Shown piece by piece: positions 38,717 through 48,738 of a DNA stretch of 53,701 nucleotides. The stretch is taken from positions 1-53,701 of the forward strand of contig JABWBZ010000001.1 in assembly GCA_013359335.1 (NCBI GenBank). Reading direction: 5' to 3'. Position 1 is the stretch's first letter. Each line of letters opens with the position of its first letter. The stretch comes from a bacterium (GTDB lineage: Bacteria; CLD3; SB21). The notes under the pieces are model-generated. The model saw only the letters and a list, made by a program, of their open reading frames with translations. It was not told the DNA's origin and ran no database searches. The position numbers and the translations under genes are program-made.

Positions 38717-39055
38717 ATGACGATGGACGCTGAAAGCCTTTTACGTGACGATACGTTGCTGCAGAAAAAGAAAAAACGCCGCAAAATCGTTTTGTGGACG
38801 GTCATTGCCGTGGCGTCGTTGACCGTTATCGGCGGTAATTACGGCCTGTATCAAATCATGAAAATCGATCGACAGAAATCGGCCTTGCTGCAATCGATCG
38901 AACGGTTGAAGCAGGAACAAACCGCCTTGATGCAGGAGCGTGAAAAATTAAAATCCGATTTGAAATATATCGAAAAGGTTGCTCGCGAAAAATATGGCAT
39001 GGTGCGTGAAGGCGAGCGCGTTTACCAAGTCATTCCAAAAGACAAAAAACAATAA
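38717..39055 (+). CDS. ftsB: Septum formation initiator (FtsB/DivIC family)
   Basis: 112-aa ORF with a single TM segment, a coiled coil and the C-terminal IEKVAREKYGMVREGERVY. It follows eno, which is the usual gene order. Confidence 0.75.
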   Translation: MTMDAESLLRDDTLLQKKKKRRKIVLWTVIAVASLTVIGGNYGLYQIMKIDRQKSALLQSIERLKQEQTALMQEREKLKSDLKYIEKVAREKYGMVREGERVYQVIPKDKKQ

Positions 39056-39075
39056 AGGATGCAATAGAAGAAATT

Positions 39076-39549
39076 ATGTTTAAAAAAGGCAATATTGAAG
39101 GAGTGGTAGTCAAAGATATTAAAAAATGGATCGATGATCGGGGCTGGCTTTTGGAACTTTTCAGGCATGATGAACTTCAGGAAGAATTTTTTCCGGCGAT
39201 GGCGTATGTATCACAAAGCTTGCCCGACGTAGCCCGAGGACCACACGAACATAAGGAACAAGCTGATTTGTTTTGTTTTATCGGGCCGTCTAATTTCAAA
39301 GTCTGGATGTGGGACAATCGCCCGACATCGCCGACGTTTCAACATAAAATGGTTCTGTTTGTCGGGGAAGATAATCCGAAATTCATCATCATTCCGCCGG
39401 GTGTCGTTCACGCCTACAAAAATATCGGCGGCAAACACGGCATCGTGATCAATTGCCCTAACCGATTGTACGCAGGAAAAGGCCGCAAAGAACCTGTCGA
39501 TGAAATTCGACATGAAGAAGATGCGCATACAATTTTTAAATTAGAATAG
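39076..39549 (+). CDS. RmlC-like cupin (dTDP-4-dehydrorhamnose 3,5-epimerase-related)
   Basis: 157-aa ORF with WIDDRGWLLELFR and the cupin core PPGVVHAYKN. Confidence 0.55.
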   Translation: MFKKGNIEGVVVKDIKKWIDDRGWLLELFRHDELQEEFFPAMAYVSQSLPDVARGPHEHKEQADLFCFIGPSNFKVWMWDNRPTSPTFQHKMVLFVGEDNPKFIIIPPGVVHAYKNIGGKHGIVINCPNRLYAGKGRKEPVDEIRHEEDAHTIFKLE

Positions 39550-39557
39550 AAACATAT

Positions 39558-41012
39558 ATGACATGGTTGTCGATCAGGAATAGAATGTCGATTCTATTCC
39601 TTTTTTTTGGCTTCTTGCAGCCGGTAATAGCCCAACCGATTTCGTATTCTTCGGTTAAACTCGATTCGTTGAAAAAAAAATTAGACGTAATTTTTTCTCA
39701 AAAACTTTTCAAAGAATCTTCAGTCGGATTTTATGCGAAGTCGTTAAAATCAGGGCAGGCTTTATATCAACGCAATGAAACAAAGTTATTGAGTACGGCT
39801 TCGTGTATGAAGTTGGTGACGACGGCGGCGGCCCTGGACAAGTGGGAAACTAATCGCCAGTTTAAAACTTCCTTTTATACTGACGGGAAATTAGAAAAAG
39901 GAATTTTAAAAGGAAATTTATATGTCAAAGGTTTTGGCGATCCGTATTTAGTAACCGAAAAACTTTTGAAATTCATCTGTCATCTCAAAGCCGCCGGTTG
40001 GACCTCCATCACGGGTGACATTGTTGCTGACGACAGCTATCTGAGCGACACACCCAATGCCGAAATCAATGATCGTGCCTATTCGGCCGTCGGCGGCGCG
40101 CTGGGATTTAATTTCAACACCGTTACGGTGTTTGTTCGTCCCGGCGAAAGGCCGGGCGATTCCGCGCAGGTTTTTATCGAGCCGATTTCGAATTGGGTTA
40201 CCATTATCAATAACGCCAAAACCGGCGACTCTAATTCCACAACCATCGACAACTATAAAGTGTCCGCACAGTTCAATAAGCATTCGATAGTACTGACGGT
40301 ATACGGCGTTATCGGAATTGATGAAAAAGAATTGGAAATATACAAACGTGTGGATGACCCGACGCGATATACAGCGACGGTCATTCTGGAAACATTGAAG
40401 CAATTTGGAATTTCCGTTCAAGGTACTGTAAGAAATGGCCGAGTGCCTGTTGATGCCGAATCGTTATATGATTTATCTTCTTACGATTTGTCGTATATCA
40501 TTTCCGGAGTTAATAAGTGGAGCAATAATTATGTTGCCGGCCAACTCCTGATGATCATGGGCGCGGAGGAATTTGGCGCACCGGGAACGGATGAAAAAGG
40601 GCTTCGTGCAATCAAACCATTTCTAACAAAGGTCGGCATCCACGATCATGAAATGACGATGGTCGACGGCTCTGGCCTGGATGCGCGCAATAAAATGTCG
40701 GCGTCGGCATTGGTGCGATTGCTCGAGTACATGTCCGGTTCACGCTGGTCTTCCGAATACCTGTCTTCTTTAAGTATTGCCGGCGTGGACGGAACTGAAA
40801 GAAAACGATTCAAAAAAAACGGCGGCCCGGCCGGCGCCGGCCGATTGAAAATCGGTTATTTGTGGGGCGTGAGTACGCTGAGCGGGTACATTGAAACTAA
40901 AAACGGCGATCAAATTGCTTTCGCCATTTTGACTAATGATTTTCCAAAAGAATACTATGAAAGTATCAAGCAATTGGAAGATCAGATCTGCACGGCTTTG
41001 TATGAACTATGA
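39558..41012 (+). CDS. dacB: D-alanyl-D-alanine carboxypeptidase/endopeptidase (PBP4, peptidase S13)
   Basis: 484-aa ORF with a signal peptide, the SxxK motif (ASCMK) and the S13-like motifs GFGDPYL and DGSGL. The C-terminal KIGYL lies at the KTG position. Confidence 0.8.
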   Translation: MTWLSIRNRMSILFLFFGFLQPVIAQPISYSSVKLDSLKKKLDVIFSQKLFKESSVGFYAKSLKSGQALYQRNETKLLSTASCMKLVTTAAALDKWETNRQFKTSFYTDGKLEKGILKGNLYVKGFGDPYLVTEKLLKFICHLKAAGWTSITGDIVADDSYLSDTPNAEINDRAYSAVGGALGFNFNTVTVFVRPGERPGDSAQVFIEPISNWVTIINNAKTGDSNSTTIDNYKVSAQFNKHSIVLTVYGVIGIDEKELEIYKRVDDPTRYTATVILETLKQFGISVQGTVRNGRVPVDAESLYDLSSYDLSYIISGVNKWSNNYVAGQLLMIMGAEEFGAPGTDEKGLRAIKPFLTKVGIHDHEMTMVDGSGLDARNKMSASALVRLLEYMSGSRWSSEYLSSLSIAGVDGTERKRFKKNGGPAGAGRLKIGYLWGVSTLSGYIETKNGDQIAFAILTNDFPKEYYESIKQLEDQICTALYEL

Positions 41013-41389
41013 GTGATAATTATTCAAAAAAAATCGGCGATCGCGGAGAAGAAGTTGCGGTCAAATATTTGGAATCCAAGCAATACGAAATTCTGGCCAA
41101 AAAATATAAATTCAGAAACGGTGAATTGGATATTGTGGCGAAGAATAATGGTGTGCTTGTTTTTGCAGAAGTGAAAACGGCCGATTTGACTTATCAATCC
41201 ATTTCCAAATACGGCGAGCCTGAATCATGGCTTACGCCGAAAAAGCAAAAGTTTATGCGTCAATGTGCTAACCATTATCTCTGGAAGAACGGAATTTCAA
41301 ACGTTGATTGCCGTTTTGATTTGATTGCCGTCCGCCTTTATTCCGACCGCGAAGATATCAACCACATAGAAAATGCGTTTTGGATGTGA
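41009..41389 (+). CDS. YraN-family (UPF0102) endonuclease-like protein
   Basis: 126-aa ORF with GDRGEEVAVKYLESKQYEILAKKYKFRNGELDIVA...VFAEVK. Confidence 0.85.
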   Translation: MSDNYSKKIGDRGEEVAVKYLESKQYEILAKKYKFRNGELDIVAKNNGVLVFAEVKTADLTYQSISKYGEPESWLTPKKQKFMRQCANHYLWKNGISNVDCRFDLIAVRLYSDREDINHIENAFWM

Positions 41390-41390
41390 C

Positions 41391-42656
41391 TCACGGCTTC
41401 AGCGCGCCATTTAATACGACGCTCAATTCATTGAGGGGGCAATTTTTTTGCTCGCCTGATTTCATGTCTTTGATTGCGCATTGATTTTGCGCGACTTCAT
41501 TTTCCCCGATAATAACCACGTATCGTGCATTTTGGCGATTAGCATCGCGCATCTGCGCTTTCAGGCTGCGATCGTTTTGTCCGATCTCGCATGCAAAAGC
41601 TAACTGACGGAGTTGGCGCGCGAGGGGGAGAACGGCCTTCAGCGCTGTTTCTCCTAAAACCACAAAATATACATCGGGCTTCGGCGCTTCGCCAAAAGAA
41701 AGTTTTTCGGCTTCCATCACAATGATAAGGCGTTCGATGCCTGCCGCAAATCCCACTGCCGGCGTAGGTTTGCCGCCAAGGCTTTCGGCGAGAAGATCGT
41801 ATCGCCCGCCGCCGCCCAGCGCATTTTGCGAACCCAAATTTTCACTTTGGATTTCATAAGCGGTTTTCGTGTAATAATCCAGTCCGCGCACCAGTCGTCC
41901 GTCAATTTCGAAAGCAATGTTCATACTTTGCAGCATGGCTTGAACTTTATCAAAGTGCGCCGAGCATTCTTTGCACAGATATGAATTCATCAACGGCGCG
42001 TTGGCGGTTAATTGAAAGTCTTTTTCGTTTTTCGAATCAAGAATTCGCATCGGATTGGTCAGAAGACGTTTCTGGCTTTCGGCAGAGAGATCATTTTTGA
42101 CGTTTTCCAAAAAAGTCACCAGCGCTTCGCGGTAACGCGGACGACAAGTGTGACAGCCCACGCTGTTGATTTTGAAATTCAGATTTTTAATTCCCAATTC
42201 TTCATAGATCGACAACGCGACGGCCATCGTTTCCACGTCGTTTTCGGGAGCCTGGCTGCCGATGCATTCCACGCCAAATTGATGGAATTGCCGCAAGCGG
42301 CCTTTTTGTGGGCGTTCCTGGCGGAACATCGGGCCGATGTAATAAACTTTATTCAACGATTGCAATTCGCCGAGGCTGTTTTCAATAAACGCGCGCATGA
42401 CTGATGCCGTCATCTCCGGCCGCAAGGTCAGGCTTTCGTTGCCTTTGTCCAAGAACGTGTACATTTCTTTGCCAACCACGTCGGTGCTTTCGCCGATGCT
42501 GCGCGAAAATAATTCAGTGTATTCGAACATCGGCGTTCGGATTTCTGCGTAGTTAAACCGGCGCATAACGTCGCGGATTTTATTTTCAACAAAATGCCAT
42601 TTGTAAATTTCAGAAGGAAGAATATCCTTGGTTCCGGTAGGAATTCGGTAATTCAA
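41391..42656 (-). CDS. hisS: Histidine--tRNA ligase
   Basis: 421-aa ORF with GTKDILP, class II motifs (MFRQERPQKGRLRQFHQ, GGGRYD) and a C-terminal anticodon-binding domain. Confidence 0.93.
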   Translation of the reverse strand: MNYRIPTGTKDILPSEIYKWHFVENKIRDVMRRFNYAEIRTPMFEYTELFSRSIGESTDVVGKEMYTFLDKGNESLTLRPEMTASVMRAFIENSLGELQSLNKVYYIGPMFRQERPQKGRLRQFHQFGVECIGSQAPENDVETMAVALSIYEELGIKNLNFKINSVGCHTCRPRYREALVTFLENVKNDLSAESQKRLLTNPMRILDSKNEKDFQLTANAPLMNSYLCKECSAHFDKVQAMLQSMNIAFEIDGRLVRGLDYYTKTAYEIQSENLGSQNALGGGGRYDLLAESLGGKPTPAVGFAAGIERLIIVMEAEKLSFGEAPKPDVYFVVLGETALKAVLPLARQLRQLAFACEIGQNDRSLKAQMRDANRQNARYVVIIGENEVAQNQCAIKDMKSGEQKNCPLNELSVVLNGALKP

Positions 42657-42668
42657 ATGTCAGCTCCT

Positions 42669-44387
42669 TTAATTAAGCGCATTTCGGATGGCGTCGGAAA
42701 ATTTTTGTAAGTTTTCGGTCGGTTCGACGGCGTTTTCACTTTGAGCCAATTGTTCTTTGGCGCTGTTGTCAATTTCTTTGATGCTGAAAAAAACCTGTTC
42801 GTGGGCGGTTTTCTGTTGTTCAATCGCGCGCGTGATGTGTTCGATGGATTCAAAAGTTTGTTTTACCATTTCATAAATGTGATTGAAAGCTTCTTGCGCG
42901 TCGGCGGCGGATTGCTTTCCGTGTTGCACCAGTTTGAGTTCTTTTTCCGTTGCCAAAACGGAAATATGCGTGGCTTTGCGCACATCGGTAATGATTTTTT
43001 TGATTTCTTCAGTTGAATTGGAGATGTTCTGCGCCAGTTGACGGATTTCGGTGGCCACGACGCCGAAACGTTCGCCCAATTCGCCTGCCGCCGCCGTCTC
43101 AATGGCTGCGTTGAACGCCAAAATTTTAGTATGATCGGTGATGTAGTTAATGATCTTCATGACTTCTTCGATTTGCGACATGCGAAGGCTCAAATCCATC
43201 GCTCGCTGCGATCCTAATGTCGCTTCGCTGTGAATCTGTTCGATGCTGTTTAACGTTTTGTCGATGAAATCTTTTCCTTTGGTGACTTGCGCAAATCCGT
43301 TTTGCAAAACTTTATTGACACGCAAAATATCTTCGGAAATTTGATTAACGGAGTGTACCAATTCCTCCAACGTCGTTGTGATTTGTGCGATCGCCGACGC
43401 CTGATTGGAAGAAGCAACGTGCTGATACTTCGACGTGTTCGAAATTTCCTTTGATTCTTGGCCGATGGCCACACTCCATTCGCGTAATTGTCCGGTCAGA
43501 TTTTCCAACTGCCGGTGATAATGCTGAAAATGGCCGCTCAGTGCGGCGATCTCATCGGTCGTAACACGAAAAACTTTCGGTGCGCGTTCATTCGATAAAT
43601 AAGATTGCATCAGCCTGACAGGGCGCAACGTCGAGCGGCTGAACAACCTGACTGTCACCAGAGCGTACAAAGCCGTACCCGCTAAAAGCCAGTATACATC
43701 GGATTGAGCGGCCATACCCGATTCACGCTGCCGCGACATCATCGTGATGAGTAGCGTGCACACGGATATCAAAGGAATGAATACGACAGCCGATAATTTC
43801 ATCCGGAAACTGATCGGAACAACGGACAAAGGCTCGGCGGGCGCTTGAGAAATCTGAGCCGCGAGCGACATCATCAGATTTTCCAAAACAAAAAATTGCA
43901 ATAACGCCAGCGGCCAAACGAAAATGCTCACCGCAACTAATGCGTTCGCCAGATAATCATACCAGAGTATCGAATCAATGATAAAAGGAATCGTAACCGT
44001 CAGGGCTGTAAATAATACCGTACCGTAAATCGTTGCGATCAGGCCGTACGCGCAAAATTTGACCGGATAATTGACAATCTCAGTGGCGATTTCCTGTAAT
44101 ACAGCCGGCGTTGCAACCGACGTCGCGATATCGTCATTCGAAAAGAAAAATAGCGACGTTTTTTTTAGTAAAAGCGTGTGCGTTAAAGCGCCGATAGCCA
44201 GGATAATCCCGACGTCGACCCACAATACCAACTGGCGGTAAAAATTTTCTTCCGGTGTCATGACCATGTTGCTTTGAATGTACACGCTCGCTATCAAAGA
44301 AAAAATTATTCCCATGGCCATGGTATAGAAATAGGGCTTCCATACAATCCAAAATGAGAACGGACGTAACATCGGCTGTTGGCTCAT
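42669..44387 (-). CDS. Methyl-accepting chemotaxis protein with a 6-TM membrane-embedded N-terminal module
   Basis: 572-aa ORF. Six hydrophobic helices with short loops occupy residues 1 to about 260. A HAMP-like segment follows. The conserved signalling tip is AFNAAIETAAAGELGERFGVVATEIRQLA. Confidence 0.9.
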   Translation of the reverse strand: MSQQPMLRPFSFWIVWKPYFYTMAMGIIFSLIASVYIQSNMVMTPEENFYRQLVLWVDVGIILAIGALTHTLLLKKTSLFFFSNDDIATSVATPAVLQEIATEIVNYPVKFCAYGLIATIYGTVLFTALTVTIPFIIDSILWYDYLANALVAVSIFVWPLALLQFFVLENLMMSLAAQISQAPAEPLSVVPISFRMKLSAVVFIPLISVCTLLITMMSRQRESGMAAQSDVYWLLAGTALYALVTVRLFSRSTLRPVRLMQSYLSNERAPKVFRVTTDEIAALSGHFQHYHRQLENLTGQLREWSVAIGQESKEISNTSKYQHVASSNQASAIAQITTTLEELVHSVNQISEDILRVNKVLQNGFAQVTKGKDFIDKTLNSIEQIHSEATLGSQRAMDLSLRMSQIEEVMKIINYITDHTKILAFNAAIETAAAGELGERFGVVATEIRQLAQNISNSTEEIKKIITDVRKATHISVLATEKELKLVQHGKQSAADAQEAFNHIYEMVKQTFESIEHITRAIEQQKTAHEQVFFSIKEIDNSAKEQLAQSENAVEPTENLQKFSDAIRNALN

Positions 44388-44392
44388 AAAGT

Positions 44393-47299
44393 TTATCCGA
44401 TCAGGCTTTCCACCGTGTCAATAAGATTGGTTTGATCGAACGATCCTTTGACAATGTAGGCATTGGCGCCCACGTCGATGCCGCGGCGTTTGTCGTCGGA
44501 CGAATCGCGCGACGTGACGATGATGACCGGTATGTGTTGATAGTTTTTATCGTTTTTAATTTTTGACGTCAGGGTAAATCCATCCATCAAAGGCATTTCC
44601 AGATCGGTCACAATCAGATCGAAATGTTTTTGCCGTATTTTTTCAAAAGCATCGAGACCGTCTTTCGCCGTGTCGACTTCATAACCGTAAGCCTGTAAAA
44701 TGGTTTTTTCAACTTCGCGCGTATTAAGCGAGTCGTCAACGACAAGAATCGATTGCGCCGATTTCTTGGGCATTTTGGGTTTTTCACGAATTGAAAAATC
44801 TTTCGTCGAAGCGATCAGGTCGGGAACGTGCAGGACGAGAACGATTTCATTATTGGTGGCAATGGTGGCGGATGAAATATTCTGAACGCGCATAAAATGA
44901 TCGGGAAGCGATTTGACGATAATGTCGCGTTCGTCGATAATGTCGTCGACGATAAAACCGGCCCGCTCGCCGCTGGCGTGTGCGATAATCACGAAGGCTT
45001 CTTCCTGCTTTATTCCGCCGTCGTTTGGAACGTTCAGGATATCCGTTAAAACCAAAATGGGGATCAACTGGTTGCGCACGCGGATCGCATTTTTCTCAAT
45101 GACTTCGATAATATCGCTGCGTTTGATTTTGATCGTTTCAGTTATCGACGACAAAGGAAAAGCCAATTTATGTTTTCCGGCCTGAACAAAAAGCGCCCGC
45201 AACGACGTCAGGGTCAATGGCAAATGAATGCTGAATTTGGATCCGACGTTTTTTTTCGTTTCGACGGTGATGTAGCCTTTCAGCGACTCGATGCATTGTT
45301 TGACAATATCCATTCCGTAGCCGCGTCCGGAAATATCGGTAATAAAATCGCTGGTGCTGAATCCCGGCATGAAAATGAAATTGATCAAATCGTTTTCCGA
45401 AAACCGGCTGATGTCGTCTTTACCGGAAATTAAATTTTTCTTAACCGCTTTTTCTTTGATTTTTTCAATGTCGATGCCGCGTCCGTCGTCCTGCACTTCG
45501 ATCAGGATCGTATTGCCTTCATTGTAAGCGGCAATCGAAAGCGAGCCTTCGGCGGGTTTGCCTGATCGTGCGCGTTCTTCCGGCGTCTCAATGCCGTGGT
45601 CGATCGCGTTACGGATCAGGTGAATGAGCGGCTCATTCAGTTTTTCCACCATTTTCCGGTCCAGTTCCGTTTCCCTTCCGGTAAGATTGAACTGCAATTT
45701 CTTGCCGAGATTTTTGGCAAGATCGCGCACGGCGCGCGGATACGCGTCGAAAATGGTACTCAGCGGAACCATGCGCATGCCCATGACATTTTGCTGAACT
45801 TCATTGACCAGCGTTTCGAGCGTAGCGGCATTTTCACGGCCGTCCTTCCACAAAGCTTCCATTTGAGCCAACGCAAGGATGCCTTCCTCGATGATCTCAT
45901 GACTCCATGCCGTAAACGAGGAATGTTCCAATGAAAAATTTTCGTTACGGTAGGCAGGGACATAGCCGGTTTCTATTTTCTTGATAAAATGTTTTAAAGT
46001 AATGTACGCCTGCCGCAGATTTTTCAAATGATCGGTATTGCGCATTTGCGAAGTAATCAGTTCGCCGGTCGCGCGGATCAAGGCATCGAGTTTATCAATT
46101 CGGATGCGGATCGTTTGGTCGACGTCCGCACGGCGGTCTTCTTTGGGCGAAGCCGGCAAATCCACTTCCGTTGTCGTAATCTGCGCGTGGCCGAGCAATT
46201 CGCGTGACGTTTTTTGTTCTTTGAGCATCAGGTGCAATTGCTCGCGCGTGAGATATCCGAGGGCGATCAAACGCTCGCCGAGAGGCACGGACGTGTCGGT
46301 AGTTTGATTCGCGTGAATCAATTGTTCGCGCGACAAAAGGCCGGCCTGAACCAAACGTTCTCCCAAGCGATCGGCCACGCCGGAATCGTCCGTTTCGCCC
46401 GACGTCAAAACAACCGGTTTGGTTTCTTTACTGGCAAATATTTTGATTAACGTCTCGGAGTCCATTTTTGCATTACGCGCGACGCCGTCCAGTGCGTCCA
46501 GTACGGCCGTATTGGCAAAATGATCGCTGCCGGTGGAACGAACCTGATCCGACAAGCCCGATAACAGTTGGAGCGCTTCTTCCACGGCTGTTTTGACTAA
46601 CGGCGTGAGAGTGATTTTTTTATTTTGAAACGCCGCGAGAATATTTTCGACCCGCAGCGCGATGGCGCTCAAAGTTTCAAATTTGAGCATGCGCGCCGAA
46701 CCTTTGAGCGTATGAGCAGCGCGCAAAGCGGCTTGCAGCGATTCGGTATGCGCGGAGTTTTTCTTAAGGCTTTCAAATTCATCGCGGATGGATTGCACGT
46801 GTTCTTGGGCTTCGTCCGCGAACTTGGTTACGAACGAAGCTTTGTCGATAGCTGATTTTACCGGTTCTTTCGGAATGTCGGATTTCGCTGGCGTTTTCGC
46901 TGATTCAACGGGCTGATTTTGTGCAAGCGCAATAAGTTTTTGCTGAATGTCGGAAATATCTGCCGCCGCTTCTTGATCGTTCAATACATCGTCGACCAGC
47001 GCGTTGAGTCGGTCGAATGTTTGAAGAAAAATATCGATAACCGCGCCTGAAAATTCCTGTTTCCGTTTGCTCATCGCGTAAGCCGCGTCTTCAAAATCAT
47101 GCGCCAACGTGCTGATCGTCTGGAAGTTCAGCATTTTGGCGGAGCCTTTGATCGTATGAATGGTGCGCATCATGGTGTCCAACGCCTCATGATTCGACGG
47201 AGTTTTTTCAAGACGGAGAACGGAATCGTTGAGCCGCTGGAGATTGTCGCGCGTCTCGAGAACGAATTTTTGAATGAAAGTTGAGCGGTCGAATTTCAT
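44393..47299 (-). CDS. cheA: Hybrid chemosensory histidine kinase CheA (Hpt-Hpt-linker-dimerisation-HATPase-CheW-REC)
   Basis: 968-aa ORF with two Hpt boxes (RTIHTIKGSAKML and RAAHTLKGSARML). The kinase boxes are HLIRNAIDHGIE, DDGRGID and GRGYGMD. A CheW-like domain is followed by a C-terminal REC (ILVVDDS...LIVTDLEMP...IVKG). Confidence 0.93.
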   Translation of the reverse strand: MKFDRSTFIQKFVLETRDNLQRLNDSVLRLEKTPSNHEALDTMMRTIHTIKGSAKMLNFQTISTLAHDFEDAAYAMSKRKQEFSGAVIDIFLQTFDRLNALVDDVLNDQEAAADISDIQQKLIALAQNQPVESAKTPAKSDIPKEPVKSAIDKASFVTKFADEAQEHVQSIRDEFESLKKNSAHTESLQAALRAAHTLKGSARMLKFETLSAIALRVENILAAFQNKKITLTPLVKTAVEEALQLLSGLSDQVRSTGSDHFANTAVLDALDGVARNAKMDSETLIKIFASKETKPVVLTSGETDDSGVADRLGERLVQAGLLSREQLIHANQTTDTSVPLGERLIALGYLTREQLHLMLKEQKTSRELLGHAQITTTEVDLPASPKEDRRADVDQTIRIRIDKLDALIRATGELITSQMRNTDHLKNLRQAYITLKHFIKKIETGYVPAYRNENFSLEHSSFTAWSHEIIEEGILALAQMEALWKDGRENAATLETLVNEVQQNVMGMRMVPLSTIFDAYPRAVRDLAKNLGKKLQFNLTGRETELDRKMVEKLNEPLIHLIRNAIDHGIETPEERARSGKPAEGSLSIAAYNEGNTILIEVQDDGRGIDIEKIKEKAVKKNLISGKDDISRFSENDLINFIFMPGFSTSDFITDISGRGYGMDIVKQCIESLKGYITVETKKNVGSKFSIHLPLTLTSLRALFVQAGKHKLAFPLSSITETIKIKRSDIIEVIEKNAIRVRNQLIPILVLTDILNVPNDGGIKQEEAFVIIAHASGERAGFIVDDIIDERDIIVKSLPDHFMRVQNISSATIATNNEIVLVLHVPDLIASTKDFSIREKPKMPKKSAQSILVVDDSLNTREVEKTILQAYGYEVDTAKDGLDAFEKIRQKHFDLIVTDLEMPLMDGFTLTSKIKNDKNYQHIPVIIVTSRDSSDDKRRGIDVGANAYIVKGSFDQTNLIDTVESLIG
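46214..46369 (-). other. MshEN/T2SSE_N-like tandem motif within CheA (residues 311-362)
   Basis: RLGERLVQAGLLSREQLIHANQTT-DTSV-PLGERLIALGYLTREQLHLMLKEQ. Compare the published MshEN c-di-GMP-binding motif RLGxx(L/V/I)(L/V/I)xxG(L/V/I)(L/V/I/F)xxxxLxxxLxxQ, which is present twice in tandem. Confidence 0.5.
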
Positions 47300-47302
47300 A
47301 CG

Positions 47303-48736
47303 CTATTTCAAATATTGTTTGCAGGCATTGATAATATATTCGGACGAATACGCGAGCGCAATGAATGACAGCGACGCATCCGCTCGGTTTTCCAGAATGC
47401 GTACGGCGTTACGGTATTCGCGGCGGGCGTCGTCTTTGTAACCGGTGTTCCACAACACGGACGCCAAATGAAAATGCGCGAGCGAAAAATCGTTTTTCAA
47501 AAAAATGGTTTTTCTGAAATGTTCTTCCGCGCGAACCGGTTCGTGCCGGTATAGGTGAATCAATCCGAGCAAAAAATAACTTTCGGCCTCCACAGGATCC
47601 ACCGCGATCATTTGCCGGCACACGTCGACAGCGTTGACGAACAATTCTTTGCCGATTAGAATATGCGTTTTTAAAACCAAAAACGGAATCGATTGTCCGT
47701 TGTGCCGCAGATTATCTTCCACATGCGACAAGGCTTCGTCGTAATTGCCGTTTTTGAACATTTTAAATATTTGTTCAAATTGAACCGGCTTGACTTCGGT
47801 CCGTAATTCAGGCGCAGGTGTATTGGATTTACGCGCCGGTTGTTTGACAAGCGTTTCGATGGTTTTTGTCTGAATCGGCTGCGTATCGGTGACCGGCGTC
47901 GATGGCTTCAATTGATATAAAAAAACGCCGTCTTTTTCAACCAATTTCAGGTGGCCGAAATTATGATGAAGCGTTTCGGATGAACTTACGAACAGAAAAC
48001 CATTTTCCGTCAGCGTATGCGCCAGCCGTTTATTGATCTCGCGGATTTTATTTTTTGAAAAATAAATCGAAACATTTCTGAAAAAAATAATATCAAAGTC
48101 ACGGATTAATTCGCCGTAATCTTCCTGGAAAAGGTTGACGTATTCGAACAACACCATTTTGCGGATCCGTTCATCGATGACGCGATACGTTTTGTCGGCG
48201 GCAGGGTTTTTGAAATAGGAATTGAGATAATACACGTCGACGGAACGAAAAGCGTTTTTGTTATAATGGCCTTTCCGGCCGTGGCTGAGCGCGGCGCGAT
48301 CGATATCAGTGGCAATAACCTGCGCTTCGAAATCGCCGTAAATCAATCGGGCTTCATGCAGCGTGATGGCGATTGAATAGGCTTCCTCGCCGGACGAACA
48401 GCCGGCGCTCCAGACTTTGATTTTTTTTTCGCGTTTCTGTTTCAGAATTTCCGGAATCAGATGCATTTTCAAAATCCGGAAGTGCGACGGTTCTCGGAAA
48501 AAATACGTTTCATTATTGGTAATAAGTTCGACCAATTTTCGCAATTCGTCATCCGTACGCGATCCGAGCAGACTGTAGTAGCGGGCGTAATTGTTATCTA
48601 AACCAAGTTGGAGCATGCGCTCACGTACTTTTTGAGTAAACTCGTTGTACGCGTCGTCGGCAAGATAAATTCCGCAAAAGTCGTGAATAGTTTTGCGGAA
48701 AGCATCGTACATGGTTTTATCGAAGTCTGCGATCAT
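47303..48736 (-). CDS. cheR: Chemotaxis protein methyltransferase CheR with C-terminal TPR repeats
   Basis: 477-aa ORF with the CheR N-domain and a SAM fold (VWSAGCSSGEEAYS, DIIFFRNVSIYF). A linker of about 40 aa is followed by about 3 TPR-like repeats. Confidence 0.9.
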   Translation of the reverse strand: MIADFDKTMYDAFRKTIHDFCGIYLADDAYNEFTQKVRERMLQLGLDNNYARYYSLLGSRTDDELRKLVELITNNETYFFREPSHFRILKMHLIPEILKQKREKKIKVWSAGCSSGEEAYSIAITLHEARLIYGDFEAQVIATDIDRAALSHGRKGHYNKNAFRSVDVYYLNSYFKNPAADKTYRVIDERIRKMVLFEYVNLFQEDYGELIRDFDIIFFRNVSIYFSKNKIREINKRLAHTLTENGFLFVSSSETLHHNFGHLKLVEKDGVFLYQLKPSTPVTDTQPIQTKTIETLVKQPARKSNTPAPELRTEVKPVQFEQIFKMFKNGNYDEALSHVEDNLRHNGQSIPFLVLKTHILIGKELFVNAVDVCRQMIAVDPVEAESYFLLGLIHLYRHEPVRAEEHFRKTIFLKNDFSLAHFHLASVLWNTGYKDDARREYRNAVRILENRADASLSFIALAYSSEYIINACKQYLK

Positions 48737-48738
48737 AG

